A DNA stretch of 60,891 bases from Gaiellaceae bacterium (GCA_036506555.1 DASXRO010000108.1:1-60891); one strand, 5' to 3'; positions 8,954 through 18,519 are shown, counted from the stretch's first letter. Numbers and translations: made by a program. The notes: generated by a model not told the origin, from the letters alone.

Positions 8954-9992
8954 AATCTTTGACCTTCCCGTCGAGAAGATGCGGGAGGGGTACTACACCG
9001 ACGTCTACTTCAACTTCGCGCGCGACACGCTGCTCGCGGACGGTCGCCATCCGCGAGTGGTCATGCAGGTCTTTCAGAAGAAGCAGGCCGTGCTCGGGGG
9101 GATGGACGAGGCGATCGCAGTCCTGAAGCTCTGCTCGCATGACTGGGACGCGCTCACCGTCCACGCTCTCTACGACGGAGACGACCTCTCGCCCAACGAG
9201 ACCGTGATGACGATCGAGGGCGACTACACGCTCTTCGCGCATCTGGAGACCGTCTACCTCGGCGTGCTGGCGCGCCGGACGCTCGTCTCGACGAACGTTC
9301 GCCGCGTCGTCGAGGCGGCCAACGGCAAGCCAATCCTGTTCTTCCCGGCCCGCCACGACCACCACCGCGTGCAGACGGGCGACGGCTACGCGGCCCACGT
9401 CGCCGGAGCGATTGGCGTCTCAACGGAGGCACAGGCCTCCTGGTGGGGTGGGCGCGGCCTCGGCACGGTGCCGCACGCGCTCATCGCCGCCTACGGCGCG
9501 AACACGGTGCTCGCCGCGTCGAAATTCGCGGAATGGGCCGACGAGAACGACCCGGACATCAACGTCGTCGTCCTCGTCGACTTCGAGAACGACTCGGTCA
9601 AGACGTCGCTCGAGGTCGCGCGGGCTCTGGGCGACCGGCTCTGGGGTGTCCGCCTGGACACCTCCCGAACGCTCGTCGACCGCTCCCTGTGGAACGAGAT
9701 GGGCGACTTCGATCCCCGCGGTGTCAACGAACGCCTCGTCCGCAAGGTGAGGGACGCGCTCGACGAGGCGGGCTTCGAACGCATACGGATCGTGGTCTCG
9801 GGAGGCTTCGACGCCGACCGGATCCTCGATTTCGAGTCGAAGGGGGTGCCGGTCGACTCATACGGGGTCGGATCGGCCCTTCTGCGCGGGGAGAACGATT
9901 TCACCGCCGACATCGTCCTGACTGACGGCCTGCCCTCTGCGAAGGTCGGCCGCTCCTTCCGCCCGAACCCTCGATTGGAGCTCGTCCTTTAG
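8910..9992 (+). CDS. pncB: nicotinate phosphoribosyltransferase (short archaeal/thermophile-type)
   Basis: 360 aa. YYTDVYFNFARDTL, GGMDEAI, VGVSTEAQASWWGGRGLGTVPHALI, VLVDFEND, GVRLDTS, IVVSGGF, YGVGSAL. An alternative start (MREGYY, 8979) would remove the 44-nt overlap with the upstream gene. Confidence 0.75.
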   Translation: MATQTDQRRTRLPPEIFDLPVEKMREGYYTDVYFNFARDTLLADGRHPRVVMQVFQKKQAVLGGMDEAIAVLKLCSHDWDALTVHALYDGDDLSPNETVMTIEGDYTLFAHLETVYLGVLARRTLVSTNVRRVVEAANGKPILFFPARHDHHRVQTGDGYAAHVAGAIGVSTEAQASWWGGRGLGTVPHALIAAYGANTVLAASKFAEWADENDPDINVVVLVDFENDSVKTSLEVARALGDRLWGVRLDTSRTLVDRSLWNEMGDFDPRGVNERLVRKVRDALDEAGFERIRIVVSGGFDADRILDFESKGVPVDSYGVGSALLRGENDFTADIVLTDGLPSAKVGRSFRPNPRLELVL

Positions 9993-10011
9993 GCCTGTCG
10001 CGTCCCGGCCG

Positions 10012-11535
10012 ATGGAGACCGGGGTGAACCAGATCTTCGACTTCCTGGGGTCGCTGGCCGAGGCTGCGCTCACGTGGCTCCCGCTGGTCTTCTTCGGGCT
10101 GATCGTGTACCTGCTCTGGCGCACCCTCTCGATCATGCCGCGCGTGAAGCCGGCCGAGCTGGATCCCGACTCGAAGTCGTCCGTCGGCTGGGACGACATC
10201 GCGGGTGTCGACGAGGCCGCCGCCGAGCTCCAGGAGGTGGTCGACTTCCTCCAGCACCCGCGACGCTTCGCGCAGCTCGGCGCTCGGGTTCCCAAGGGGA
10301 TTCTCATCTACGGGCCGCCCGGGACCGGGAAGACCCTGCTCGCCAAGGCCGTGGCGCACGCGTCCGGGTCGAACTTCTATTCGCAGAGCGCCTCTGCCTT
10401 CGTCGAGATGTTCGCCGGCCTCGGCGCGGCCCGCATCCGCAAGCTCTTCGACAAGGCGCGCAAAAACGAGCCCGCGATCGTCTTCATCGACGAGCTCGAC
10501 GCTGTGGGCACGCGTCGCACCGGCCTCGGCATCAACCGCGAGCAGGACCAGACGCTGAACCAGCTCCTCGTCGAGCTGGACGGCTTCCGCGGCCCCGACC
10601 GGGTGGTCATCATCGCCGCCTCGAACCGGCTCGAAGACCTCGACCCTGCCCTGCTCCGGCCGGGCCGCTTCGACCGTCAGATCCTCGTCGCGCCGCCGGA
10701 CCTCGCCGGCCGCGAGGCCATCCTCGGAGTCCACACGCGCGGAAAGCCCCTCGGGGCCAACGTCGATCTCGAGTCGGTCGCGCGCCAGACCGCCGGCCTG
10801 ACGGGCGCCGACCTGGCGAACATCTGCAACGAGGCGGCGATCTTCGCGGGACGCGAGCAGCGCGTCGAGATCGATCAGGTCGACTTCGACGCCGCGATGG
10901 AGCGCGTCATCGCCGGCCTCCAGCAGCGGCGTGTCGTGACCGAGAAGGAGAAGCGCATCCTCGCCTACCACGAGGGCGGCCACGCCCTCATGTCTCACCT
11001 CGTCGGCAATCCGATGCAGGTCCAGAAGGTGACGATCGTCTCCAGGGGAATCGCGCTCGGGTACACGCTCAACACCCCGCAGGAGGATCGCTACCTGCAC
11101 ACGAAGGAGGAGCTGCTCGATCTGATGAAAGTCATGCTGGCGGGGCGCGCTGCGGAGCAGATCGTCTTCGGCGCGGTCACGAACGGGGCCGCGAACGATC
11201 TCGAGCGCGTCACGGAGCTCGCCCGCTCGATGGTGTTCGAGTTCGGCATGAGCGAGGGCGTCTCGTCCCGCACGCTGCGCGCCGACAACTACGCCCTCTC
11301 GGAGCACACGAAGCGGCTGCGCGACGAGGAGCAGGCGCGTCTCTGCGACCACGCCTTCGCCGAGACGCTCCGTCTCCTGAGCAAGCACCGCCGGACGCTC
11401 GACAGGCTTGCGGAAGCGCTTCTGGAGAAGGAGACGCTCTTGCGGCTCGAGCTCGAGGAGTTGCTCGCCGGGGTGGAGCCCGAGTCGGACGCCGGCGAGG
11501 CCGTCGGCCGCGTCGTGCAGCTCCCCGACCACTAG
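10012..11535 (+). CDS. ftsH: FtsH-like ATP-dependent zinc metalloprotease, short form with a single N-terminal TM helix
   Basis: Walker A GPPGTGKTLLAKA, Walker B IVFIDELDA, SRH region, and the zinc site HEGGHAL. Only 507 aa and one hydrophobic segment (LPLVFFGLIVYLLW). Confidence 0.85.
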   Translation: METGVNQIFDFLGSLAEAALTWLPLVFFGLIVYLLWRTLSIMPRVKPAELDPDSKSSVGWDDIAGVDEAAAELQEVVDFLQHPRRFAQLGARVPKGILIYGPPGTGKTLLAKAVAHASGSNFYSQSASAFVEMFAGLGAARIRKLFDKARKNEPAIVFIDELDAVGTRRTGLGINREQDQTLNQLLVELDGFRGPDRVVIIAASNRLEDLDPALLRPGRFDRQILVAPPDLAGREAILGVHTRGKPLGANVDLESVARQTAGLTGADLANICNEAAIFAGREQRVEIDQVDFDAAMERVIAGLQQRRVVTEKEKRILAYHEGGHALMSHLVGNPMQVQKVTIVSRGIALGYTLNTPQEDRYLHTKEELLDLMKVMLAGRAAEQIVFGAVTNGAANDLERVTELARSMVFEFGMSEGVSSRTLRADNYALSEHTKRLRDEEQARLCDHAFAETLRLLSKHRRTLDRLAEALLEKETLLRLELEELLAGVEPESDAGEAVGRVVQLPDH

Positions 11536-11572
11536 TCCTCGTATCACCCTCTCGCGACGATAGGATCGGAGC

Positions 11573-11974
11573 GTGGAGGTGCGCTCCGTCCACCACGTCG
11601 CATTCGCGGTCTCCGACCTGGACGAGGCCGTCAAAACGTACGAACGGCTCTTCGGGGCCCGAGTCGAGCTCCGCGACCGGATGGAGGATCAGGGTGTGGA
11701 GGCCGCCTACCTGCGCATCGGCAGCGGGCGCGTCGAGCTCGTGTCGGCTCTGGGTGAGGACACGCCCGTGGGACGCTTCCTCGCCAAGCGCGGCCCGGGG
11801 ATGCACCACGTGGCCTACGAGGTCGGGGACGTCAGCGCGGCCGTGCGCTCACTCGCCGCCGAAGGAATCGAGATCATCGATGCCGAACCGCGAGCGGGCC
11901 TCGGCGGCCACGAGGTCTCCTTCGTTCAGCCGGACTCCCTCTACGGCGTCCTGGTCGAGGTGATCGGTGCCTAA
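11573..11974 (+). CDS. mce: methylmalonyl-CoA epimerase (VOC family)
   Basis: 133 aa. HHVAFAV.DLDEA...YLRIG...ELV...PVGRFLAKRGPGMHHVAYEV.D...ID..PR.G..G..V.F..P. Confidence 0.85.
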   Translation: MEVRSVHHVAFAVSDLDEAVKTYERLFGARVELRDRMEDQGVEAAYLRIGSGRVELVSALGEDTPVGRFLAKRGPGMHHVAYEVGDVSAAVRSLAAEGIEIIDAEPRAGLGGHEVSFVQPDSLYGVLVEVIGA

Positions 11975-12206
11975 GACGCCTGCCGACGGGCGGGTGCGCC
12001 TCGAGATTGCCTTCGAGGGCGGCCAGATCGTAAGCGGAAACGTGAACGGCGACGTGGCCGATGGGCTTCGTACCGCACTGGCCGGAGACGATCTCGTCTA
12101 CGACCTGCAGACCGAGGAGGGGACGTACGTCATCGCTCTCCGCAAGGTCGTCTACGTGCGGCGCACCTCGCGCGAGACGCACATCGGCTTCGGCGCGAGC
12201 GCGTAG
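11967..12206 (+). CDS. hypothetical small protein (79 aa)
   Basis: ATG overlaps the mce 3' end by 8 nt. Composition is non-shadow-like (MPKTPADGRVRLEIAFEGGQIVSGNV...VVYVRRTS). No family recognised. Confidence 0.45.
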   Translation: MPKTPADGRVRLEIAFEGGQIVSGNVNGDVADGLRTALAGDDLVYDLQTEEGTYVIALRKVVYVRRTSRETHIGFGASA

Positions 12207-12222
12207 GGTACAGCTCTCGTCG

Positions 12223-12780
12223 ATGGCCGACGACGCGACAACGACGGCGGATGTCCGCCGTCTCGTCGAGCGCGCCCAGCAGGGTGACCGGCAGGCGCTC
12301 GAAGAGCTCTACCTCACGCATTTCGACCGCATCTACAGCTACCTGCAGATGAGCGTCGGCAACCGGCATGACGCCGAGGACCTCACCAACCAGACGTTCG
12401 TGAAGATGCTCGAGTCCATCGACCGTTTCGAGTGGCGGAAGGTACCTATCTCGGCCTGGCTCTTCCGCATCGCCCATAACCTCGCCATGGATCTCTTCCG
12501 GTCTCGGCGCCGCTGGCAGCCGGAGGAGGAGCCGCCCGAGCCGCCGGGCGACGAGGCGCGCTCGGCCGAGGAGGAAGCCCTCCAGTCGATCGGCCGCCAG
12601 AGCATGCTCGCGATGATCCAGGGCCTCTCGCAGGACCAGCAACAGGTCTTGACGCTCAAGTTCGTCTTCAACTTCCCGAACGGCGACGTGGCCACCATCC
12701 TGGGAAAGACCGAGGGCGCGATCAAGTCGCTGCAGCACCGGGCGCTGGCTTCCCTCCAGCGCCAGCTGACGAAGGCCTGA
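12223..12780 (+). CDS. ECF-type RNA polymerase sigma-70 family factor
   Basis: Region 2 (LEELYLTHFDRIYSYL...DAEDLTNQTFVKM...WLFRIAHNLAMD) and region 4 (LSQDQQQVLTLKFV...DVATILGKTEGAIKSLQHRAL). Start at the internal ATG 12223. Confidence 0.85.
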   Translation: MADDATTTADVRRLVERAQQGDRQALEELYLTHFDRIYSYLQMSVGNRHDAEDLTNQTFVKMLESIDRFEWRKVPISAWLFRIAHNLAMDLFRSRRRWQPEEEPPEPPGDEARSAEEEALQSIGRQSMLAMIQGLSQDQQQVLTLKFVFNFPNGDVATILGKTEGAIKSLQHRALASLQRQLTKA

Positions 12781-13712
12781 TGTCGCTCGAGATCGGCATC
12801 GTCGGCCTGCCGAGCTCCGGCAAGACGACGCTCTTCAACGCCCTCACGCACGGGCACGCGGACCTGGCCGAGTACGGCAAGCCGCACCTGGGGATGGCGA
12901 GCGCGCCGGACGAGCGTCTCGAACAGGTCGCTGCTGCGGCGGGGTCGGCGAAGGCGACGCCGGCCGCGATCCGCGTGCTTGACGTCCCCGGGACGGAGGC
13001 CGCTCTCCTCGGCGGCCTGCGGCGCGCGGACGCCCTCCTGGCGGTCGTGAACGGATTCGCGGGCGCCCACGCCGGCGAGCAACGGGAGACCCTCGAGCTC
13101 GAGCTGCTCGTCGCCGACCGCGACCACGTCGAGCGACGCCTCGAACGGGTTAGGCACGACGCGAAGTCGGGCGAGCCGAAGCTCAAGCAGGAGATGGCCC
13201 GCCTGGACGATGTCCTTTCGCACCTGGAGAGCGAGCGGCCGCTGCGGGAGTACGCGGCCGAGCTGCCTCCGGAGCTCGAGCCTCTGACGACCAAGCCGCT
13301 CGTCTGGGTGGTCAACGGCGGGGGGGACGGAGTCGACCTCAAGCTCGAGGCCGAGCTGGCCGAGCTGCCGCCAGGGGAGGCCGAGGCTTTTCGCGAAGGC
13401 CCGCCGGTGCTCGACGAGATCATCCGCCGTGTCTTCGTAGCCGCCGACCTGATCACGTTCTTCACCGCGAACGAGAGAGAGGCGCGGGCCTGGACCTTGC
13501 AACGGGGGAAGTCCGCCCTCGAAGCCGCCGCGACCGTGCACTCGGACATGGCGCACGGATTCATCCGCTGCGAGGTCGTCCGCTGGAGTGACCTGGCCGA
13601 GTGCGGCTCGAGCGCAGAGGCCGCTCGTCGCGGCCTCATGCGCCTCGAAGGGAAGACCTACGCCGTCGAGGACGGCGACGTCTTGCAGATCCGGTTCAGC
13701 CCATCGCGGTAG
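12780..13712 (+). CDS. ychF: divergent YchF-like P-loop ATPase (DUF933/TGS-like C-terminus)
   Basis: N-terminus MSLEIGIVGLPSSGKTTLFNALT. C-terminus FFTANEREARAWTLQRGKSALEAAATVHSDMAHGFIRCEVV...GKTYAVEDGDVLQIRF. The start ATG shares its A with the sigma-factor TGA stop (TGATG). G3/G4 motifs look degenerate. Confidence 0.7.
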   Translation: MSLEIGIVGLPSSGKTTLFNALTHGHADLAEYGKPHLGMASAPDERLEQVAAAAGSAKATPAAIRVLDVPGTEAALLGGLRRADALLAVVNGFAGAHAGEQRETLELELLVADRDHVERRLERVRHDAKSGEPKLKQEMARLDDVLSHLESERPLREYAAELPPELEPLTTKPLVWVVNGGGDGVDLKLEAELAELPPGEAEAFREGPPVLDEIIRRVFVAADLITFFTANEREARAWTLQRGKSALEAAATVHSDMAHGFIRCEVVRWSDLAECGSSAEAARRGLMRLEGKTYAVEDGDVLQIRFSPSR

Positions 13713-14355
13713 TCCGTGCCGGCTGCACCGGCTCCGTCTTCCACGCCATGACGATCATCAGCAGGCTGACGATCAGGATCCAGGCGGCGAAGACGATCAT
13801 CGGGAAGTAGTAGATGGAGAGGAGCATGACGACGGCCACGACAAGGCCGATCCACCCCACCCAGGCCGGCAGCACCCCCGTCCGCAGGGCCGCCATCGAG
13901 GTGGCCAGCACGACGATCGACGCGGTCATGACTCCCGCGACGAGGAGCAGGTAGCCGCCCCAGTTCATCGCCTCCGCCGTGTTCGGCGCCAGCTGGAAGT
14001 CCTGGTCGCCCGCGAGCATGGCGGGAGCGGTCGAGATCGCGGCGCCGGCGATGATCAGTGTGGTTGCGACGACCCCTGATCCGAAGATCAGCCCCGACAG
14101 CGTGCCCGGCCCGCGCTCGCCGCGGTCGAGCATGGTGCGCAACGTGCCGAGGAAGGCCAGGAACGCGATGCCTGCTGCCACGAGGAAGAAGAAGGCGGTG
14201 ACCTCCTTTGCCCGGTTGCCGGAATCGGCGTAGAACGACTGGACTCCGGATGTTGTGTCGCCGGTGTTGCTGATCAGCGCCAAGCCGAGCATGAAGCAGG
14301 CGACGAACAGGACACCCGTCAGCGCGGACCAGCGTTCCCAACGAAAGGCGTACAC
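13696..14355 (-). CDS. hypothetical integral membrane protein (about 6 TM)
   Basis: 219 aa, GTG start, preceded by a GGGGG SD-like run. Strongly hydrophobic segments throughout. Convergent 17-nt overlap with ychF. Confidence 0.6.
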   Translation of the reverse strand: MYAFRWERWSALTGVLFVACFMLGLALISNTGDTTSGVQSFYADSGNRAKEVTAFFFLVAAGIAFLAFLGTLRTMLDRGERGPGTLSGLIFGSGVVATTLIIAGAAISTAPAMLAGDQDFQLAPNTAEAMNWGGYLLLVAGVMTASIVVLATSMAALRTGVLPAWVGWIGLVVAVVMLLSIYYFPMIVFAAWILIVSLLMIVMAWKTEPVQPARTTAMG

Positions 14356-14451
14356 GACTACCCCCTTTGTGAAGGACGTCGCAAATCGTGAGGTCTCGTC
14401 CGGACGGACAACGCCGCGCCAACCCGGCGGCGGCCCCAGTCGCCGCCTGAG

Positions 14452-15144
14452 CTACCAGGGAATCGGTTCGCGGTTGCGGAAGAAGCCGCCGCGGGGGCCG
14501 TCGTCCGGCAAGGTGGCCAGCCAGACAGGCGTGTCCGCGCCTTCCTCCACGGAGCGATTCGCGTGCGGCCCGCCCATGTCCGTCCGCACCCAGCCCGGGC
14601 AGCACGAATTCACGACGATGTTCTCGTCGCCGAGCTCGGCCGTGAGCACGCGCGTGAGCACGTTGAGGCCGGTCTTTGACACACGGTAAGCGGGTGCATG
14701 CCCGCCCATGTCCGAGAGCTGGCCCATCCCGCTCGAGAGATTGACGATGCGCCCGTAGCCGTTTCGGCGCATGAGGGGGAGCGCAGCCTGCGTCAGCCGC
14801 CAGGCACCGTAGAGGTTCGTCTCGAGGGTGTCGCGCACGTCACCCAGGTCGACATCAGTGGCGCTCGTGCGCCAGCCACCGCCTGCGACGCCGGCGTTGT
14901 TCACGAGGACGTCGAGGCGGCCCAACTCGCCGGCGATCGACGCGATGACGCGCTCGACGCTCTCCTCGTCGGTGACGTCGAGCCGCTTGGCGACGACCCC
15001 GTCGCCTATCTCGCGGGCAGCCTCCTCGCCGCGCGCGAGGTCGCGCGAGCCGAGGACCACGGTATAGCCGAGCGCGGCGAGCTGGCGGGCGACCTCGCGG
15101 CCGATGCCGCGGTTCCCCCCGCTGACGAGCGCGACCCTCTCCAC
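14452..15144 (-). CDS. SDR family oxidoreductase (carbonyl-reductase-like)
   Basis: VSGGNRGIGRE, NNAG, and the catalytic S...YRVSK pattern; 230 aa. Confidence 0.85.
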   Translation of the reverse strand: MERVALVSGGNRGIGREVARQLAALGYTVVLGSRDLARGEEAAREIGDGVVAKRLDVTDEESVERVIASIAGELGRLDVLVNNAGVAGGGWRTSATDVDLGDVRDTLETNLYGAWRLTQAALPLMRRNGYGRIVNLSSGMGQLSDMGGHAPAYRVSKTGLNVLTRVLTAELGDENIVVNSCCPGWVRTDMGGPHANRSVEEGADTPVWLATLPDDGPRGGFFRNREPIPW

Positions 15145-15171
15145 GCCCTGAGGCTAGCTGAGGGGTTTGCG

Positions 15172-15996
15172 CTAGTCGGTGGGCCTCGTGGCCGCTACGG
15201 CGTCGAGCTGGTTCGCGTAGTAGAGAACGGCCGCCTCCGCGGTGCTCGCCGCTCGGGCGTCGTGATGACAGGCAACCGCGTGGAGGAGCTCGGCCACCAC
15301 GTCGGGGGCGAGGCCGCGCGCCCGCTCCTCGATCGTCCGCAAGCCGAGGTGGACGTGCCCGAGGAGCTTGCCTTCGTCAGTCGGGAGGAAGAGTGGCCCG
15401 CGGTCGAGCTCGTGCACCCGGCCGAGGTCGTGCAGCAGGGCCGCTGCCACAAGGAGGTCGCCCCGCAGCCGAGCGTGGAGCTGAACGGCGTCCCGGCACA
15501 GGGTCGCGACCGCGACGGTGTGCTCGAGGAGGCCGCCGGCGTAGGAATGATGCGAGTCCGGGGTCGCCGGGAGGACACGAAGACGAGCGCGAAAGTCGGC
15601 GTCTCCGACGAAGCGTCCCACGAGCTCGTGGAGCTCCGCATGCGAGAGCTCGGCGGCGAGGAACTCGAAGAAGCCGTCCAGCTCCTCGAGGTCGCGCCGT
15701 GCCTCCGGCACGAGCGTGGCAGGGTCGGCCTCGGCCGGCTCGAGGGAGCGCACTTCGAGCTGAAGCCGGTCGCGAAACCGCTCGACCCGACCGAGCACAC
15801 GGACGGCGTCGCCTTCGCCGAAGCGCTTGTCCAGAAGGTCGACGTCGCTCCAGATGCGCGCATCGATCTTGCCGCTCGGGTCGACGAGCTCGAGCGCGAG
15901 ATACGGGCTGCCGCTGCGCGTGCGCAGTCGCTGCTTGCGGGCCACCGCGTAGGTGCCCTCGACGATTCGGTCCTCCACGAGCTCCGCAATCGTCAC
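15172..15996 (-). CDS. OB-fold plus HD-domain protein (YhaM-like 3'-5' exoribonuclease family)
   Basis: N-terminal OB-fold-like region (YLALELVDPSGKIDARIW...VRVLGRVERFRDRLQL), followed by an HD domain (HHSYAGGLLEHT...ALLHDLG). Confidence 0.7.
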   Translation of the reverse strand: MTIAELVEDRIVEGTYAVARKQRLRTRSGSPYLALELVDPSGKIDARIWSDVDLLDKRFGEGDAVRVLGRVERFRDRLQLEVRSLEPAEADPATLVPEARRDLEELDGFFEFLAAELSHAELHELVGRFVGDADFRARLRVLPATPDSHHSYAGGLLEHTVAVATLCRDAVQLHARLRGDLLVAAALLHDLGRVHELDRGPLFLPTDEGKLLGHVHLGLRTIEERARGLAPDVVAELLHAVACHHDARAASTAEAAVLYYANQLDAVAATRPTD

Positions 15997-16038
15997 GGCC
16001 CGATTCTAGGTCCGGCGTCGGCTGCTAGCCTGGCCCGA

Positions 16039-17130
16039 ATGGCGCTCGTCAAGCCCTTTCGCGCGCTCCGGTACGCCCCGGGCGCTGCGGGGCCGCTCGA
16101 CGAGCTCGTGTCGCCTCCGTACGACGTCATCTCGGCCGCGCTCAACGACGAGCTGCTGGCCAGAAGCCCGTACAACGCGGTTCGGCTCATCCGCCCTGAC
16201 GATTCCGAGGAAGCCGCCCGCCTCCTGAAGGAATGGCAGTCCGACCGGATCCTCGTCCGCGAGGAAGAGTCGGCGGTGTGGCTCTCCGAAGAGGAGTTCG
16301 CCGGCCGTGGGGGCGAGCGGCTGACCCGCCGTGGGCTGGTCGCCCGCGCTGCGCTCGAGCCGTACGAGCGGGGCATCGTGCTCCCGCACGAACGGAGCTT
16401 TCCGAACCCCAGACGCGGCCGCCTGCGCCTCCTGCAGGCGACTCGGACGAAGGTCTCCCCGATCCTGCTGCTCCACGAAGGACCCGGTCCCGGCGCGCAG
16501 CCCACGGGGCCGCCGGATCTCGAGGCCACGCTGGACGGCGTCACCACACGCCTCTGGCGCCTCGATCCGGCAGCGGCCGGCGTCGTGAAGCCGCCGCTCG
16601 TCATCGCCGACGGCCATCACCGTTATGAGGCGGCGGTCCGCTTCCACGAGGAGGACGGCACCGAGGAGACCGCGCATGTTCTCGCTGTCCTGGTGAGCGC
16701 GCGCGATCCCGGCCTGGTCATCTTGCCGACGCATCGCATGGCGGCATCGGCGCCTGCGGATCTGCCCGGGCGCAACGGGCTGGTCGACCTGGGGACGGCG
16801 CTCGAGAACTTCGCCGGTCTTCCACGAGACCGCGCCGGCTTCGTTCTCGTTAGGCGCGACGGGGCGACCGTCGTCGAGTCGAGCAAGGCGGCGCTCGACA
16901 CGGCCCTCGTCGACGAGCTGGCCCTCGAAGGAGTGAGGTACACGGCCGATGCCCACGAGGCGGAAGACGCGGTCGCCTCGGGCGCTGCCGAGGCGGCTTT
17001 CCTCGTGCGGCCGCCCACGATCGAGCAGGTCAAGGAATTCGCCCTCGCGGGTCAGCTCATGCCGCCGAAGAGCACCTACTTCTTTCCCAAGCTCGCCAGC
17101 GGATTGCTCTTCTCTCCGTTCGACGAGTGA
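16039..17130 (+). CDS. DUF1015 domain-containing protein
   Basis: MALVKPFRALRY...VSPPYDVIS...HERSFP...ADGHHRYEAA. Start at the internal ATG 16039. The long upstream extension of the ORF is antisense to real genes. Confidence 0.8.
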   Translation: MALVKPFRALRYAPGAAGPLDELVSPPYDVISAALNDELLARSPYNAVRLIRPDDSEEAARLLKEWQSDRILVREEESAVWLSEEEFAGRGGERLTRRGLVARAALEPYERGIVLPHERSFPNPRRGRLRLLQATRTKVSPILLLHEGPGPGAQPTGPPDLEATLDGVTTRLWRLDPAAAGVVKPPLVIADGHHRYEAAVRFHEEDGTEETAHVLAVLVSARDPGLVILPTHRMAASAPADLPGRNGLVDLGTALENFAGLPRDRAGFVLVRRDGATVVESSKAALDTALVDELALEGVRYTADAHEAEDAVASGAAEAAFLVRPPTIEQVKEFALAGQLMPPKSTYFFPKLASGLLFSPFDE

Positions 17131-17939
17131 CCGACTGGCTCGCGTTCTGCCGCGAGGCGACCGCGGCCGTGGACGGCGCCCTCGCGGAGCTGCCCACGCG
17201 CGCGGAGCGCGAGCCGACCGTCGGACAGGGTGAGGGCGGCGACGAAACGACTGCGATCGACTTCGCCGCGGAAAGCGCCGTGGTAGCGCTGCTCGAAGAT
17301 CTGCATTCCGACGGCCTCGACTTCACGCTGGTCTCGGAGGAGCTTGGAGAGCGCTCCTTCGGCTCCGGCGGCCCCCGGGTCGTGCTCGACCCCATCGACG
17401 GAAGCGTCAACGCCAAGCGTGGGATCCCGTTCTTCTCGCTCTCGGTCGCCATCGCTGACGGCTCGAGAATGAAGGACGTGCTCTTCGGCTACGTCTTCGA
17501 CTTCGGCACCCGGGAGGAGTGGACGGCCCGCCGAGGCGAGGGCGCTTTCCTGGACGGACGCGCCCTCGACGGTCCGGGACCGAAGGAGGAGATCGAGCTC
17601 TTGTCCTTCGAGGCCACGCGCACCGACTCGGTCGCCGAGCGGGTGGGCGGGGTCGTCGGCCTCGCCGAGCGGACGCGGATCATGGGGTCGCTCGCGCTAT
17701 CGCTCTGCCATCTGGCCGCGGGGCGCGTCGATGCCGTCTGCTCGCTCAAAGCGGCTCGCAGCGTCGACATAGCCGCCGGCCAGCTGCTCGTCCGCGAGCG
17801 CGGTCTCGCGATCGACCTGCCCGAGGCGCCTCCGTTCGAGAACGCGCCGCTGGACCTGGCCGCCCGCTCGCGGGTCGTCGCAGCCGCCACGCCGGAGCGC
17901 TGCGCCGAGCTCTACGCACGCCTCAGCGCTTCGCGCTGA
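17127..17939 (+). CDS. inositol monophosphatase / FBPase family protein
   Basis: VVLDPIDGSVNAKRGIPFFSLSVA and downstream IMPase motifs. The GTG start overlaps the DUF1015 stop (GTGA). Confidence 0.8.
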   Translation: MTDWLAFCREATAAVDGALAELPTRAEREPTVGQGEGGDETTAIDFAAESAVVALLEDLHSDGLDFTLVSEELGERSFGSGGPRVVLDPIDGSVNAKRGIPFFSLSVAIADGSRMKDVLFGYVFDFGTREEWTARRGEGAFLDGRALDGPGPKEEIELLSFEATRTDSVAERVGGVVGLAERTRIMGSLALSLCHLAAGRVDAVCSLKAARSVDIAAGQLLVRERGLAIDLPEAPPFENAPLDLAARSRVVAAATPERCAELYARLSASR

Positions 17940-18516
17940 TCCGCCGCTCCAGGTTCGAGCGCACCGCCGGCCACTCGCCGTCCGTGATCGCGTACCACGC
18001 CGAGTCCCGGACGACTCCGCCCCGGACGAGCATGTGATTCCTGAAGATGCCCTCGAACCGGGCGGGCAGGGCCTCGAGGGCCGCACGCGCACGCTCGTTG
18101 AGAGCGTCGGTTTTGAACTCGACCCTCATGCAGCCGAGCTCCTCGAACGCATGCCGGAGAAGGAGGTACTTCGCCTCCGCGTTGACTCCGGCGCCCCACG
18201 CGCGCCGCGCGTTCCAGGTATGGCCGATCTCGAGCCCTCGATGCTCGGGGCGAAGGCTCATGTAGCGGGTGCTCCCGATCGGCTCGCCCGTCTCCCGGAG
18301 GAGCACCGCGAACGGCGCCTCGCGCCCCTCGCTGGCGGCGGCCAGCGCCGCGCCGAACCAGCGCGAGAACGGATCCGGCTCGTGCGCGAGCATGAGCATC
18401 CAGCGCCAGATCTCGGGATCCGCCGCCGCCTGCCGGAGGCCGGTCTCGTGCTTGGCCCGCAGCGGCTCGAGGACGACGATGTCGCCCTCCAGGCGCTGCG
18501 CGAGGCCCTCGAACAC
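17923..18516 (-). CDS. GNAT family N-acetyltransferase (RimJ/RimL-like)
   Basis: 197 aa with a typical RimJ-like pattern (IGHTWNARRAWGAGVNAEAKYLLLRHAFEELGCMRVEFKTDALNERARAALEAL). Confidence 0.8.
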   Translation of the reverse strand: MFEGLAQRLEGDIVVLEPLRAKHETGLRQAAADPEIWRWMLMLAHEPDPFSRWFGAALAAASEGREAPFAVLLRETGEPIGSTRYMSLRPEHRGLEIGHTWNARRAWGAGVNAEAKYLLLRHAFEELGCMRVEFKTDALNERARAALEALPARFEGIFRNHMLVRGGVVRDSAWYAITDGEWPAVRSNLERRISAKR

Positions 18517-18519
18517 GCG

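Noticed and set aside
14698-16038. N-terminal 447 codons of the 810-aa ORF 14698..17130, and similar long 5' extensions of ORFs 25870..27324, 31851..34292, 35101..37482, 42158..43624, 43643..46132, 19515..21212 and 2965..3987.
   Set aside because: The extensions overlap well-supported genes on the other strand or in another frame and have shadow composition. Internal starts that abut or overlap the upstream stop codon give proteins of normal family length.
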